A stretch of DNA of 248,000 bases from Rhodosorus marinus CCMP1338 (taxonomy: Eukaryota; Plantae; Rhodophyta), in the NCBI GenBank assembly GCA_029953675.1, contig JAMWBK010000001.1, forward strand, positions 1,260,001-1,508,000, read 5' to 3'. The notes under the pieces were generated by a model, which was given only the letters and a program-made list of their open reading frames with translations, was not told where the DNA came from and did not search any database. A program made the position numbers and the translations under genes. This document shows, piece after piece, positions 73,948 to 87,200 of the stretch. Position 1 is the stretch's first letter. Each line of letters opens with the position of its first letter.

Positions 73948-75870
73948 TTTTTCTTTAGTAGCTTGTGCTTGGATAGTACATTCGACGTACCGGTTCACCT
74001 TGTCGATGGCGCTCCTCCGGTGACCAACGGTCACACTTCTGACCGTTTTAGCAATTGTGCTACAACGTGCTCCCACGGACGGTGTCTCACGGACACTTCC
74101 GGGTCTGAGTCAATACTCACTCACAGTCCTCTGTCGGCCCCCCACCTGACATTCTAGCTTGACGGCTCTGCCGTTATCGGTCTCTAATATCGACATCGCC
74201 GCTGGCGTCAAAACTGATGACTCCGTGCGTTTCGTGGACCCTGCTGACTCCACCACGCGCAGTTGTTGCTGTTGCCAGACGCTCAGTCGCCTCTTCTGTT
74301 GATTTAAGACGTATGCAAACGCCAGTAGCCACCAACCTAGGGGATTCTTTTTCCATAGGGTAGGTCATTAGCGCGAAGAATCATCAAGATTTAGCTGAAC
74401 CCTCCGCTTTGGCATGAACGCTTTTGTTCCTCCCCCCTAGTGAACGATCTCTAACTTGCATTTTGCGGCCTGCGTAGTATGTTAGGCTATGCTAGTAAAT
74501 CGAGCCGGCCATTGAATAAATTCCCGGCGGGATCGCCAGCCGGGTCACCGTCTCGATGCCTTCCACTTCCGCTCCGCCGCACGGATCTACTTAGGTTTGC
74601 CACAAGCCCCGTGGCACTCTAATCGGCCGTCTTTCTGTCAGGGATGTGAGAGCCGGATTGACGCTTGTGGCTACCATTTCTTGGGTTCATGCGGCCTGTT
74701 GCGAGGTCTCCGCACGAAGCGCCACGCTCGTCTCAAGTACATCCTAAGCGAATGTTTGTTTAACTCGGGTAGGGCATACGGTTGAGGTGGAATCGGAACT
74801 ACCCAGATCGGTCTCGGACACGGCGCCGCCCCGCTGTATCGCAGATGTTCTTGTATCAGACCCTGCCGCCCGATGCTCAGCATATGTTGACCTCGCGATT
74901 ACATGCCCTGTGGCAAGCGCCCATCTCACGGCTGCCGCCCACCGCCGAGGGGCAGCCGCTTCGGCTCTTCGACGAGTGAAGGAACGACGGTATGCTGAGA
75001 GCATGGCCAGTCTGCCCTACGCCGATGGTCGCTCCCACCGGTTCCAGCCTTTCATTGTGGAAAGCTTTGTTCATATGGATAAGTCAGGTTTAGAGTGGTT
75101 GCGGAAATGTTTCGCTGAGCATCCTACTGAGTACTTGGCGCTTTCACGGCGTTTGAGTGCCGCCCTGTGGCGATATTCTAGCTTTTCAGGCCTTGCGTAG
75201 CGCTTCAGGCTATGGTAGTAAAGCCCAGTAAAGCCCAGTATAAAACGAGAAAATGCACTAACAAGATCGGCTCCCAACACCAGGCAGTCTATTTACACGC
75301 GAAGACTAGGTCATCATTCAACCTGCAGCTAGACTAAACCTTCGTGCTTCTAGCCTCAGGAGAACTATAAATGCCAATAATACGAATCTTTTGTCCTAAA
75401 CTAAAAACTGGAATCGACATTGTTTTAGCGCTGCTTTCTTGATTAGAACATTCTACATTTTGGTTCACTGGTGGGGATGCTTTTAGTTTACCCCCTAGTG
75501 CTCATTGGGACAAACTCTTTCATAACCATGATACGAATCTGTCAAACCATTCGTTCGATACGAATCTGTCTGGGGACTAACAAAATGAATGAATTGGTTT
75601 CTTAATCGGAGGCTGAAAGAAAAATGCCGCGAGGGGAAAAAAGAACACTAGGGACGGCGAAGATCGCGCGCCTCCAACATCAAAGCAATATGGTGAGTTG
75701 CAACATTTCCGAGGCAATTCCGATATGGACTGTCTATATAAGCTTGTCCGGAGGCAACAGTTCCCCCTTTGGCATGACCTTCGCTGTGGATGAACGTATC
75801 TAGGTCTAGGCCAAAAGGCACTTGAAGCATTGAGGAAAGGAAGCGCCGCTGAAGAGCGAGAAGAAAAGGC

Positions 75871-76845
75871 ATGCGCGGAAAAGTGGTATTTCTTCTACTC
75901 CTGGTGGTCATCGGTATTGGCGTGGCACAGGACACATGTGCTTCGTTTGAACTTCCCGAACCCACAACGGTTAGACCAAATGGCGAGCCAACCACTTCGA
76001 ACAAGAGGGCCATTTGGGGCGATAAGTACTGCCGGAAGTTAACGCTGCGGGAACTGGATGGAATGGTTCCGGTAGTCTGTGTGAACACTAAGATGATCGA
76101 TGAAGACACGACCTGTCTGAAGATGAGGCTGCGAAACGTTGATTTGTCCCTGGTGAAGTCCCTCAAAATTGGCGTCCATCCGAATTGCAATATGGTTCCT
76201 CCTGCCGGTGGGAACCCGAGGAGGTTCCAGAGCCAGAGACTTGGAAAGAATTTAGCGGAAGGACAAGTCATAAAATCAGTTAAGCTCTGCTTCGACAGAA
76301 TCCCGGCGACACAATCGTGCTGTGGGACATCTCGGTGTTTGGTGATGGAAGCAACTATTGACGTCAATGGAGTGGACACGACAGTAGAAATCGATGACCG
76401 TAGATGTGGTGAGGAACCGGCGTGTCGATACTACATCGGCTGTCCGAACGTGATCGACCAAGAGTCAGACACGAGAAGGGGTGTTAAATACTTTTATGGC
76501 ACAGATTCCGATGATTTAATACTTCTACCTGATTACCGAATCACGTCGAGCTTTACCTACGACGGTAGAGATGTTATACTTGGCGGCAACGGAAACGATC
76601 GTGTGTTCGTCGGAGGAGGAGAGAATATTATGAACGGGGGCTTAGGCAACGACCAGTTTGACGCCTATAAGGACGGGGTGAACAGAGTTTACCTCGGTGA
76701 CGGCTTTGATGGGGTTAGACCGTACCTTGACGGTGGTGCCACTCCAGACTACTATTATGGAGGCCCAGGGTATGACGTTTACTTCTCTTACAATCCGGAT
76801 GATAACGATGTTGTCCAAAGCTTTGATGGCCTCGGCTATACGTAG
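75871..76845 (+). CDS. Secreted Cys-rich + RTX repeat protein, subfamily 1 copy 3
   Basis: Paralog of 49669; GGNGND, GGLGND, GDGFD, GGPGYD. Confidence 0.8.
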   Translation: MRGKVVFLLLLVVIGIGVAQDTCASFELPEPTTVRPNGEPTTSNKRAIWGDKYCRKLTLRELDGMVPVVCVNTKMIDEDTTCLKMRLRNVDLSLVKSLKIGVHPNCNMVPPAGGNPRRFQSQRLGKNLAEGQVIKSVKLCFDRIPATQSCCGTSRCLVMEATIDVNGVDTTVEIDDRRCGEEPACRYYIGCPNVIDQESDTRRGVKYFYGTDSDDLILLPDYRITSSFTYDGRDVILGGNGNDRVFVGGGENIMNGGLGNDQFDAYKDGVNRVYLGDGFDGVRPYLDGGATPDYYYGGPGYDVYFSYNPDDNDVVQSFDGLGYT

Positions 76846-78239
76846 ATGGGTAGGAGGAGGTTATTGTTCTCAGATGTTTAGTATAAACCACGGAATGTGT
76901 CCCTTACGAAAACTAAACAAGGGGAGAAGGTAGAGGCCCTCCCTCAATGAGATATCAGAAAAGCCCTTAATCGTAAACGTTTTGTGAGCAGACGATTCAG
77001 GTGCTATCGTATTCACTACCAGCTGCCCATTACAGTTCCAGAGAATCCTATTCATTCCTCTGCGGCTGCCGACCCCAAAATCATTTTTGCGCGCCTTCCG
77101 TGGTCTCTAGCTGTCCCCCGCCGTCCGCACGCTGGTTAAGAATTGAAGAAGAAAGTGACGACTTTGAAGGAGCCAAAAACCAAAGCAAAAAGGCAGAAAC
77201 TGAGACGACAGATTGTGGGAAACGATTTACCAATCTGGTCGATACCGAGCCTCATCCTCCCCCGACTCAACCCCGCACTCATCTGCCGCGCCGGGGGTCA
77301 GAGTTGGTTTCCCTGTCAATGGACTTGCAGTGGTGACCTCTTCACTAGACTCCACGTGTTGTTCGATGTCAACGAAAACAGCTCCTGCTCCAGGTCCAGG
77401 GCGCTCGCCCACCGACGGCACAACGTGTCCATGCTGTTGGGTGCGCTAGTACAAATCCCACTCGGCACGAACTTCAAAGGACAAACTGTCAAATGCAACA
77501 TGTTACGCTGACAAACGTCTTATAGATTTATTGAGGACGGCTAGCTCCTCAGTTTACAGCGCTGCGTTCTGTCCTCCCTGTATCTGTTGCGAGTCTTGTC
77601 AAATGCCCGCGAAAAACTATTTGTAGATCGATCACTGCGACGAAAACCGCTTACTGAGATGAAAGTCATGTTTTGGAGACAAGCTTAGCGATTTGGAGCG
77701 GTGATTGTCAATGGTTGGAATCCCCCTGGATTTAACGTCAATGAATGGACTTGCATTAGGGAAAGCCATGTGGTGAGAAAATGAGTTTTACAATTCTGTT
77801 CATGACGTTTAACCCCTTGCGCTCCCAGTACTTGGCAATGATCCATATGCTCAGACAATTGGATGAGTGAATGAATTTGTTTAATAGTGCTCTCAAGTAT
77901 CTCAATTACGATGCTCTGAACAAGTTAGAAAGTTCACATGGCTTTGGGAAGTTCGCGGTACAGCGCGTTCAGTCCGCGGCTACAGGCTCCTTGCACAAGG
78001 CAATAATACGAGTCCTTTATCCTAAACTAAAAACCGGAATCGACATTGTTTTAGAGCTTGTTTTCTTGGTTAGTACATTCAACGGATCGTTCAGCTTGCT
78101 TCACGACCGTGGGGATGCTTTTAGCTTACACCCAAGTGACACATTGGGACAAGCTCTTGACAGATTACGAATCTGTCCAGGGACTATCAAATGTTGAGTT
78201 GCAACATTTTCCGAGCAATTCCGAATGGACTGTCTATGT

Positions 78240-78960
78240 TGTATCCCGGACGGACCCACTGGAGGTGGTTCGAAGGGTTTTTCCTGAGGCTTTGCCTTTT
78301 TTAGCTGGGATCTACCGGGGAGGAGGCCTCCCCTGCATGCCTGAGTGGGGTGAAGTTTTTGGAGCACACACAAGGGTACAACAAGAGGATTCTTGTAGGC
78401 CTGTCCTTCACGCCTGCGCTTTGCAGCTCGCTAGATTGCAACTCGCGACCGAGATGGAGGAGCTACGTATCTGTGCATATCATGACGACGTGACGTTGAT
78501 TTTTGTAGCCCTAGAACGGGGGTTGACCAGGATCCAAGCCATTGCAAGTGAGGTGGGGTTGATAGTCGAGCAGGAGAAGTGTTGGTTTCTCCCACCCGGC
78601 GGAAGCCCCTCCCGGTAGTCTGCCCGACGCTCTCAGGCACCTTTGCCTACCTGAGGGTCTGATGCATCATGGTATTGGGTTGGCGAGTCATAACTTCGTG
78701 CAATCCTCCTGCGAACCACCCGGCACAGGCAGCTCACAGATGGTGATGAGCGTCTTCCTGATGCTATGCTGCAATCGGTGTGCCTGATTTCCCGATTCTG
78801 TGTGGGTCCCCGGCTCGACTATTGGCTGCGAAGTCTTCCATGCAATGGGGAGCGTGGACTGCTGCTAAGGCCGATGAGGCGACGCTAACACATTGGGGCA
78901 CACTCTTAGACGAACCACTTGCTTCGGCATCGGCACCTGACAAGGACCTGATACGGGCCT
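78240..78960 (+). mobile_element. Old family A-like RT fragment
   Basis: RVQQEDSC..LHACALQL, AYHDDVTL. Confidence 0.7.
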
Positions 78961-79184
78961 AGTCGTCGGACCGTGGTCGATGTGCAGCTTGACCAGACCA
79001 TTTCCTAACAGTAGAAGCATCAACCACAGTACTCATTTTGGGCCAACCTAGGTCGTCTTATAGCCTCCTCACGGAGCTGTCCTTGACCTTGTGGGGTTGC
79101 AACGCCGCCTTATTGTTGGACGCACGTCATCAGCGTCTTGTTTCTCGCTTCTCAGCGTAGTTAGGATCTGAATAAACGGAACGG

Positions 79185-79345
79185 AACTCATTCCTTGCAA
79201 AGCAAGTGGGATAATCTCCGGTGTAGACAAGTCCGCATAAACCAGTTCTGTTCCCCATTCTTTTAAAAACGCTGCTCTTCGCAAGTTTCTAACCATACAT
79301 TTGACGGAGTAACCTTCATCTAAGGCTCTTCTTGTTAGCAGTGTT
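79185..79345 (-). pseudogene. ycf39: Plastid-derived ycf39 fragment (NUPT)
   Basis: [44 protein letters not shown]; AT-richer than flanks; N-terminal part only. Confidence 0.75.
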
Positions 79346-81249
79346 GATCCGGTATTTATTTCAACCCCGAGTTGTAAGAAAGACAACCTAAGTGTACAAG
79401 CTTATTGGAATCCTTTTGGCGAATATCTGATGAAACTTCATGTTCCACAATCGCCTGGAGAAAGCGCGTTCGACACGAACAATTCCGCTTTCGTGAAACT
79501 CCTTTCCGCTAGCCGTTCTATGCGATTCGATTGTGAAACTCACACCAATACGCAATAGAATCAATCCACTCAGGAACTCACCCTTCTCAAGAATTTCACC
79601 TTTTGCCTTCAGTCCATATGTCGCTAATCGACGGTCGCTATGATGCATCATCAAGCATATAGAAAAACCATTAAATCAAGAGAGACAGTCTGTTACGCCC
79701 AGAAATGCTCACTATTCAATGCCAGAACCAAAATTCCAACAAGGAGATGTAGCAGATTATGACTGATCTGCAACGCATCAAATGCTCCCCTGAAGCTCTA
79801 CGTAAACACCTACTGTATGCCGAAGGGATCGGCCCAGGTTCGGTTCTACGACTCCCATAGGTCAACAAAGAAACTCGCAACCAATCAGGACCCTTATATT
79901 TAGTGTACTTACATGGGAGTTCTGTCCAAGTCGGATTTGGTGACGAATGAGGTTACTAACACAGAGCCATTGTAGTCGCCCAGCAGGGATTCGTATTTTG
80001 TTGGCTAACTGAGTGAATAGGATCAAACCTTCGTAGGATTAGGGTTTTTGCGCGCTTGCATCTCCATGAAGATTTTCCCTAAGTCCAAGCATCTCGGAGA
80101 TAAGCACGGCATATATACTGATCCTAGAAGCCATCAAGTATGGTTGGTTCGGAATAAATATGAACGTCGAGGATGAACAACACTCATACACCTAGTTTTG
80201 TTAACAAAATTCCTCCCTGCGTCCTCCTTGGCCAAGGTCTCCTCTAACCTTCTCTACAATCCGGTTCATTCCTCATCTTCCTAGTTCACACCTCTCCGAG
80301 GCGGTGAGCTGGGTTAGCTTTCCGGTGACCGGAAAGCTCTTACAGAGCCGTAGAGACCCGAGGAGGAGCATGCACAGTTACCTTTTAGTCGAGCAACCCC
80401 TATGATTAGTTCGGAATAAACAACAACTCTGAGGATGAACAACACTCGTGCACCCAGTTTTTTTTTACCCTTCTCAAATTTTTTTTGTCTACCGTTAATG
80501 TTCCTGCAGTTCCTACACCTAATAAACTCATAAAATCTCTGCAATAAAAATTTGTATAGGTTTGCCGTTGCAATAAAACCTTTTCTATCTTTAATTATAA
80601 TAGAGTAATCATAGTAAAACTATATATATAGGGCAAAGGGCAACTTGAACCCTCAAAAGTTGTCACATTTGAGTGTGATGCATACCAATTTGCGGACTAA
80701 AGGGCTTACTTAGAGTTCACTGGACTGCGGTAGAAAGGGAAGAAGAAAACGGAATAGAAGAAGGGAACAACGTTTCTTGCGGTTTTTGAATGATACGGGT
80801 TTCATCTCTATGGCTGATTTGGACTGTAGAGTCCGTGGATTTCCATCCCCGCCATCCGGGTCATTGGAGACCCTTTTGAGTGGTTACGGCCCGCTCTAGG
80901 TCGAATGCTGTGTTGAGGGGGTTGGTTTCTGACGACATTAAGATCTACAATTTGCCCCTTCTAGAATAAACCATTCGTTCTAGAATAGGATAGACTTCAT
81001 TTACAGCTATTTTCAATCTTCTGAGATAGTCTATTTCGACAATGGTCTAAAATTCAAACTTTTGTCCTATTTCATTTTCATAGTTATCAATACAAACCTT
81101 TTCTCTTGGCTTCATTTTATTTTTATTATCAAAATTTTGAGCTACTATCTCGTTTGCAATTACTCCTAATTTAAATGGCATAATTAAGTTCTTTATTGTG
81201 CTATTTAGGTTTTTAAGCACCCCTTATTCTTAACTCTATGTCTTTCAAC

Positions 81250-81372
81250 CAGTTCTGGGGGTAAATATTAGTGTTGTGCTAGTTCTGGGGGTAAATATTA
81301 GTGTTGTGCCAGTTCTGGGGGTAAATATTAGTGTTGTACCAGTTCTGGGGGTAAATATTAGTGTTGTGCCAA
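81250..81372. repeat. 30-bp minisatellite x4
   Basis: AGTTCTGGGGGTAAATATTAGTGTTGT(G/A)C(C/T). Confidence 0.9.
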
Positions 81373-81556
81373 GTGGGTCGGGTTTTTGCAGAGTGGATCG
81401 GATTTTGCCTGTTTACTCCTCTAAACCCTCCTGTTTTTGCTGGTTTAACCACTTCCGGGTTGTAAACAGCGAAAAACCCGGCCCACTTTGAACAACCTTC
81501 TACATAGATATACTAAGAATTTGGAGACAAACTTTGCAACTCGGAGCAGTGATGGC

Positions 81557-82520
81557 TAACCCTCAAGCTAGTCGTTATCTCCCGGCTGCGGGGGAGCGCC
81601 GTGGATCTGCCGCCGCCAGCATGAGACGCCGCAAAGAGATCAAATACGCGGGGGCTTTGTCTTCCCCTGGTGTTCGTGCTTCGGCACTAGCACATCGCTT
81701 GGTACCCCTGATCATTGAGTGCTTTGGGTTCATGGACTCTGTTGGTTCTCGCTGGCTTCGGGAGTTGTTCCGCGAACGCCCTGACCGTCTTCAATCGTTG
81801 TTTACCCGCTTAAGTTTCCTGCTGTGGCGCATGAATGCCGCTTTGATGTTGGAGGCGCGAGTACTTCGCCGCGCTTAGTCTTTTTTTCCCCTCGGGGTTT
81901 TTTTTTCAGCCTCCGATTAAACCATTCGTTCGATGGTCTTGGAATCTCAGCTGGATCAAGATCCGGAGAATATTGGCTAATGAATAGAATTGCATTAGAT
82001 TAGACCACAACCTACGAAAGTGAGTCTTGTAACTCGCCTCAACATAATCTAATTATCCTAAAATTTATCCTAATTATAATCCACCCTATTTATTTCTAAA
82101 TATTTATCAGCATGCCCTGTTTTTGTTGCTCACTTTTTCTCTTGAAGGAGAATCCGAGTGTTTTCTTTCTTCATTTGAGGGCCTTTTTTTTTTATTTTGT
82201 TGAGAATATTGCTTTATTCTGTGAACAAATACGCGGGGGCTTTGTCTTCCCCTGGTGTTCGTGCTTCGGCACTAGCACGTCGCTTGATACCCCTGATCAT
82301 TGAGTGCTTTGGGTTCATGGACTCTGTTGGCTCTCGCTGGCGTCGGGAGTTGTTCCGCGAACGCCCTGACCGTCTTCAATCGTTGTTTACCCGCTTAAGT
82401 TTCCTTCTGTGGCGCATGAATGCCGCTTTGATGTTGGAGGCGCGAGTTCTTCGCCGCACTTAGCCTTTTTTTCCCCTCGGGGTTTTTTCTTTCAGCCTCC
82501 GATTAAACCATTCTTCTTCA
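81557..82520 (+). mobile_element. Two family B 3' fragments (81557-81932, 82225-82520)
   Basis: RLE C-terminus and B tails. Confidence 0.85.
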
Positions 82521-84204
82521 TTCTGTGAAGTGTTTTCATTCTTTTTGCCCACCGGGCCAATGGGGGTTGTTGTTCACCGAATCCGAATCACCGTATCGGA
82601 TGTTAACTTTGGTGAGCAGCTCGGAGGGACGTGACGACAATAACAATGAGGGAAGGTTTTTTTTCTCGGCGCGGTCTTCGGGAGCTTTCGCTCTATGTCG
82701 GTATATGATCGATCACTGCTGATCCCGCGTTTTGCTTTCAGTTCCATCCTTAATCAACTATGCTAATAAAGCCTTATCATGGTTTAGGCTTCTCCCTGTA
82801 TGCTGCCCTCCGTGGCGAGTGGATCTACAGCTCATAAAGACCTTCAATGAATGTGCTATATGGAGGAAAAAAGATTCCTGGAAGCCTTCGGGGCCTTCTC
82901 TGGCCCGCTAAATGACAAGGAATGGAAACCTCGTTTTCTGTTCATTTTCCTGGCCAAATCCCATGCCATTGTTCGTCCAATCGACTGTTTCTGACCTGGT
83001 TGGGATCCACCTACGGACAAACGTTATTCGCTCATTCAACCCATCAAGACGGCAAACAACACAAATCTACTCCAACCCCCCAACCATTCTCCGCCCACCT
83101 CCTCGTCTTCCCCATCAACTGGACTTTACTAGCATAACTGGACTGGACTTTACTAGCATAACTAGTTCAGTCCGCCTGATTGATTACTTAACCACTCCTC
83201 TCGACACCGCAAAACGCTCTCCAAAGACCAACACCATTCCTCCGTGAAACGCTCGCCGTTGATCTTAAATCACTACCACCCCATCGCTCTTAGAGCAATC
83301 ATTCTAACTGTGAGTCTCCCCTGGCCCCGATCCAATGCATCAAAATCCTTTGTTTTCGGGTAGTCTGCCCCCGACCAAAGGCTATTCAGGAGAGCATGTT
83401 GTGCCACGCCAGTCTTTCCTGGCCCCATATTCAAGCGCTCAAAAATCTTCTCTTTCGGAGTCAATATTCTGGCCAAATGGAGTGGCTAATGTTCCCAACG
83501 AACACGTTCCTCCCCCCGGCTCAAACATATGTTCGCATCAAAACAATATCTCCTTGGCCAAAGGGAGTCATGGTCATGGTCATGGGTCACAAACGAGGAT
83601 TGGACTCATGAGTCTTTGGCCCGCCAAAAACGGCCTTGTTCGGTTCAGACAATTTCCGGGCCAAGAGTGAAGTCATCAGTGCTTCCCGTCCGCAGGGTTA
83701 AAAAATCTCAAAACCTTGGCTTCGAGGGTAAATATTCTGGTCAAAGAAAGTCCGGGCTAATGTTCTGCTGAGGAATATCGCCCTTGGAGATGTGGTTGCT
83801 GAATTAGAGTATTAGCGACTGCGCGGAGCCTCCTCCGCGCAGTAAGTTACGGGGGGGAGTGGAGGGGCGAGTTGGAGAGGTGTGGACGGGGGGAAACGAG
83901 TGAGGATAGCGGTGGAGTTTGCGGACTATATTTTTTGGTTTCTTTCCGCAGGCTTTCCGAAAGTTCTTTAGAAGAGATCTTATTAGTCGGTATTGAACCC
84001 GCTAGCCTGTCTCGCGCAAGCGGTTGGGTTTCTTGGGGGACATATTGGCTGTTATGGCATGGCCGTGAGGTTGGATGGTTGGCTGTTTAGGAGTCGAGAA
84101 GGATTGGAGCTGTGAGGAGTCAGATTAGGAAGAGAACCGTCGTGCCCACGGTTGGGTTCGCGGGTTCTGGGGGTATCGCAAGCAAGGAAGAGGGAAAAAC
84201 CCGT

Positions 84205-87200
84205 ATGGACGCCCACGTGTTTGCAGTAGTGCTGGTTGCGCTTGTTTTGCAGCGGACGGGGGTCGGTGCAACGCTTACGAAGGTTGACTTCGAAGATGCT
84301 CCTGTCGTGGGTAGTATTGATGGTCTTCCGACCGACTTCGCTTTTCTGCCTCCTGGTCAGACTGACCGCATTCTGGTGACAGGTTATAGGGGAACGGTCC
84401 AAGTTGTCGTGAGAGGAGCGGTGCAGGAGAAACTATTCCTGGACGAAAGGGTTTCCCAGGCGGAGCTGGACAGTTGGACGGGCTACCCCAGATTGTGGGA
84501 TCGAGGCCTGGCGCCAGAGTATCGATCGGTTGCTGTAGATTCCGACTTTCAAAATCATCCGTATGTGTACCTCGCGTACTTTCACTACATTGAAAGAGTG
84601 CGAAGAACTCCTCCCCAAGGGTTTGTGGTTCGGTACAGGGTGAGCAATGACCTCTCAGAGGCGATCCGTAGCTCGAAGAGATTCATTCTCGGAGGATACG
84701 TGAGTGGAAATTGTACGCAAATTAGCACAACGGAGGATACCATTTGCATTACTGCTCCTGATCATACGATGGCGGGGTTACTCGCGGACCCCCAGGGAAG
84801 AGTTTGGATATCAGTAGGGGATTCCGCCTTTTGGGACGATTTTGACCGACCGAACGCCATGAGGGCTCAGGACGTTGACACTCTATACGGGAAGGTCCTC
84901 AGGGTAAATCGGTCTGGGAAAGGCCTACCATCTAACCCCTACTACGACGGCAGTCCGGATTCAAACCGATCAAAGGTGATGGTTTTGGGTCTGCGCAACC
85001 CATGGAACATTCATTGGGATGCTGAGCTTGATACTCCATGGGTCAGTGATGTTGGAGAAGCAACCCTGGAAGAGTTCAATCTAGTTCAACCGGGTGCGAA
85101 CTACGGGTGGCCATGCATGGAGGCAGAGCTTGATCGCTTTCAGTTTGGCATCTTCAACGAGTGCGTAGATTTGTTCAATAATGTTCCCCCATCATCCGGA
85201 GCCTCATATGTGGGTGCGAAAGTGGGTCCGAAACTAAGCTACTCCCACGAGGAGGGTACTGCGATTACTGCCGCGTTGAGGGTGAACATCGAGGGTTGGC
85301 CTGACGCTTTCAACAATGGCGTTTACTACAGTGACTATTCCGGAAACTGGATACGGTACGTCAAGGTAGACGACGTCGGTAACGTTGTTTCGGCTCCTCT
85401 CGAGTTTGCCACAGGGGTCCCTGGACCGATCAACCTTCGACCGGGGAGCGACGGATGTCTGTACTACCTAGCTCTCGCTTCCAGTCAGATAGGTCGGATC
85501 TGTTACAGGGAGAACAATTCGCCGCCAGAGGTGGTTGGGATCGTACCGCCGGATGGGTTCACGGGCGCGGCTAGGTCGACCTTGGTTGAGGTGGCTGTAA
85601 GCAAGAAGGTGACAGCGGAATCGGCACAAGCGTCTATAGTTGTGGTAGAGACTGTATCGGAGGTTGTTGTTGCTGGGCATGTGGAACAGGATGAGGTCAG
85701 GAACATTCTTACCTTTGTTCCAAACGAGGCGCTGAAGGAGGATGCGGAATACACGGTGACTGTTTCCGCGTTGATCGACTTGAAAAACCTCTCCATGATA
85801 GGCGAGGTGACGAGTACATTTTTTACGGGCAGAGGGTTCGTGCAGTATGTTTCCGATCTGGCCCTAGCTGTGGATCCTACACCCGAAGCGGTTTACCGTG
85901 ACACAGCGATTAATGGCGTGACTCCCATATTCATTCGCGGCAGGCGATTCAGGAAGGGCTTGAGCTTCGTCCCCGTCGTGCGAGTAGGTGTTCAAGTCCC
86001 TTCTGGATGTACGTCGATCGAAGGTTTCTACGGGATGGACGACACTGCTAGGTGGATTGTAGCGGGCGCAGTCATCTTTACGATCGCCGTGGACGGCAGT
86101 ATTGTGTACGACTCAGCTGCGGATGGACTCGGATTTCCCAGCAGAAAAGTCGATCCCGCGACCTTCTTCAGCATGGATGTAGAGAGTGGGAGTACCTTGA
86201 CTCTGGGAGGCGACTTTGGAGGGAGACACGAGAATCAAGAGGACAATCGCGGAGCGTGGGCGGATGTCAGGTTCCGCTGCGGCAACATAGACTCTAGGGC
86301 ACCAAAAATCGAGTCGATCGACCCAGGCGACGGCTCAACTACATCGATCGATGTGGTGATTCGCATCGTATTCGACGAGGTCATGAACTATAACACGGTC
86401 CTTCAGGCAGTGAGCATTGCGTCGGTGGATGGGCGTCGCATCCCGTGGCTTCCAGTTGAGAGTACCGAGCCCCGACTATTTGCGCTCGAGTTGGAGAGCT
86501 TGGAGTTCGATACGACGTACGTGGTCAGCGTATCGAAAACGGCGATTGACGTTTCTGGAAACCGATTGGAGGAAGACGTGCAGTGGTCGTTTGCCACTGA
86601 GTTTCCGCCAGCAACTGGAGAGAAGCTCCAATTCCTGGGAGATTTGACACCCAAGCGCTCGAGAGGTGGTGTCTCGTTCAACGGATTTCCGAGGAGGCTT
86701 AGCCCAGGAGTGCAAATATACGAGAACGGTCTTGGTATGCAGGCAAACGCCATGGTCAGCTACGACCTGGGTGGTCTCGCTTGTACTCGGCTCAAAGGGC
86801 TCACGGGTAAGGATGCAGCTGCACGAGGCGATTCTGGTGCTTGCCGGCTGCGGGTTTTCAGCGGGGCTAATCGGGAAGCATCGCGGATGCGTGTTGATCG
86901 GTACCCTCGCGCAGCTCAACGGTCGCGGGGCCTAAGTGTTGGACTAGGAGGGGATAGCTACCTCGAGATTAAGCTTTCCGCGGGGGGGGATGGCGGCCAG
87001 GCTAAGGACCTTTGCGACATCGCCCGAGCTAGGGTGGAGTGTGATGGTGTTGATATCTACCTGACGGAACTTACGCCGTTATCTGAGCGGGGGGTGGTTG
87101 AACGGAACAGGAGTGCGGTGCAGTTGCCGCTGCAGCTGCTCAGGTCCTCAATGACCTTCGAGACTGGAATTGTTATCCCCGCCGGGGCTGAAGTGACGTA

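Noticed and set aside
79388-79654. 88-aa ORF next to the ycf39 fragment
   Set aside because: No recognisable motif; faint MuDR-like resemblance too weak to call
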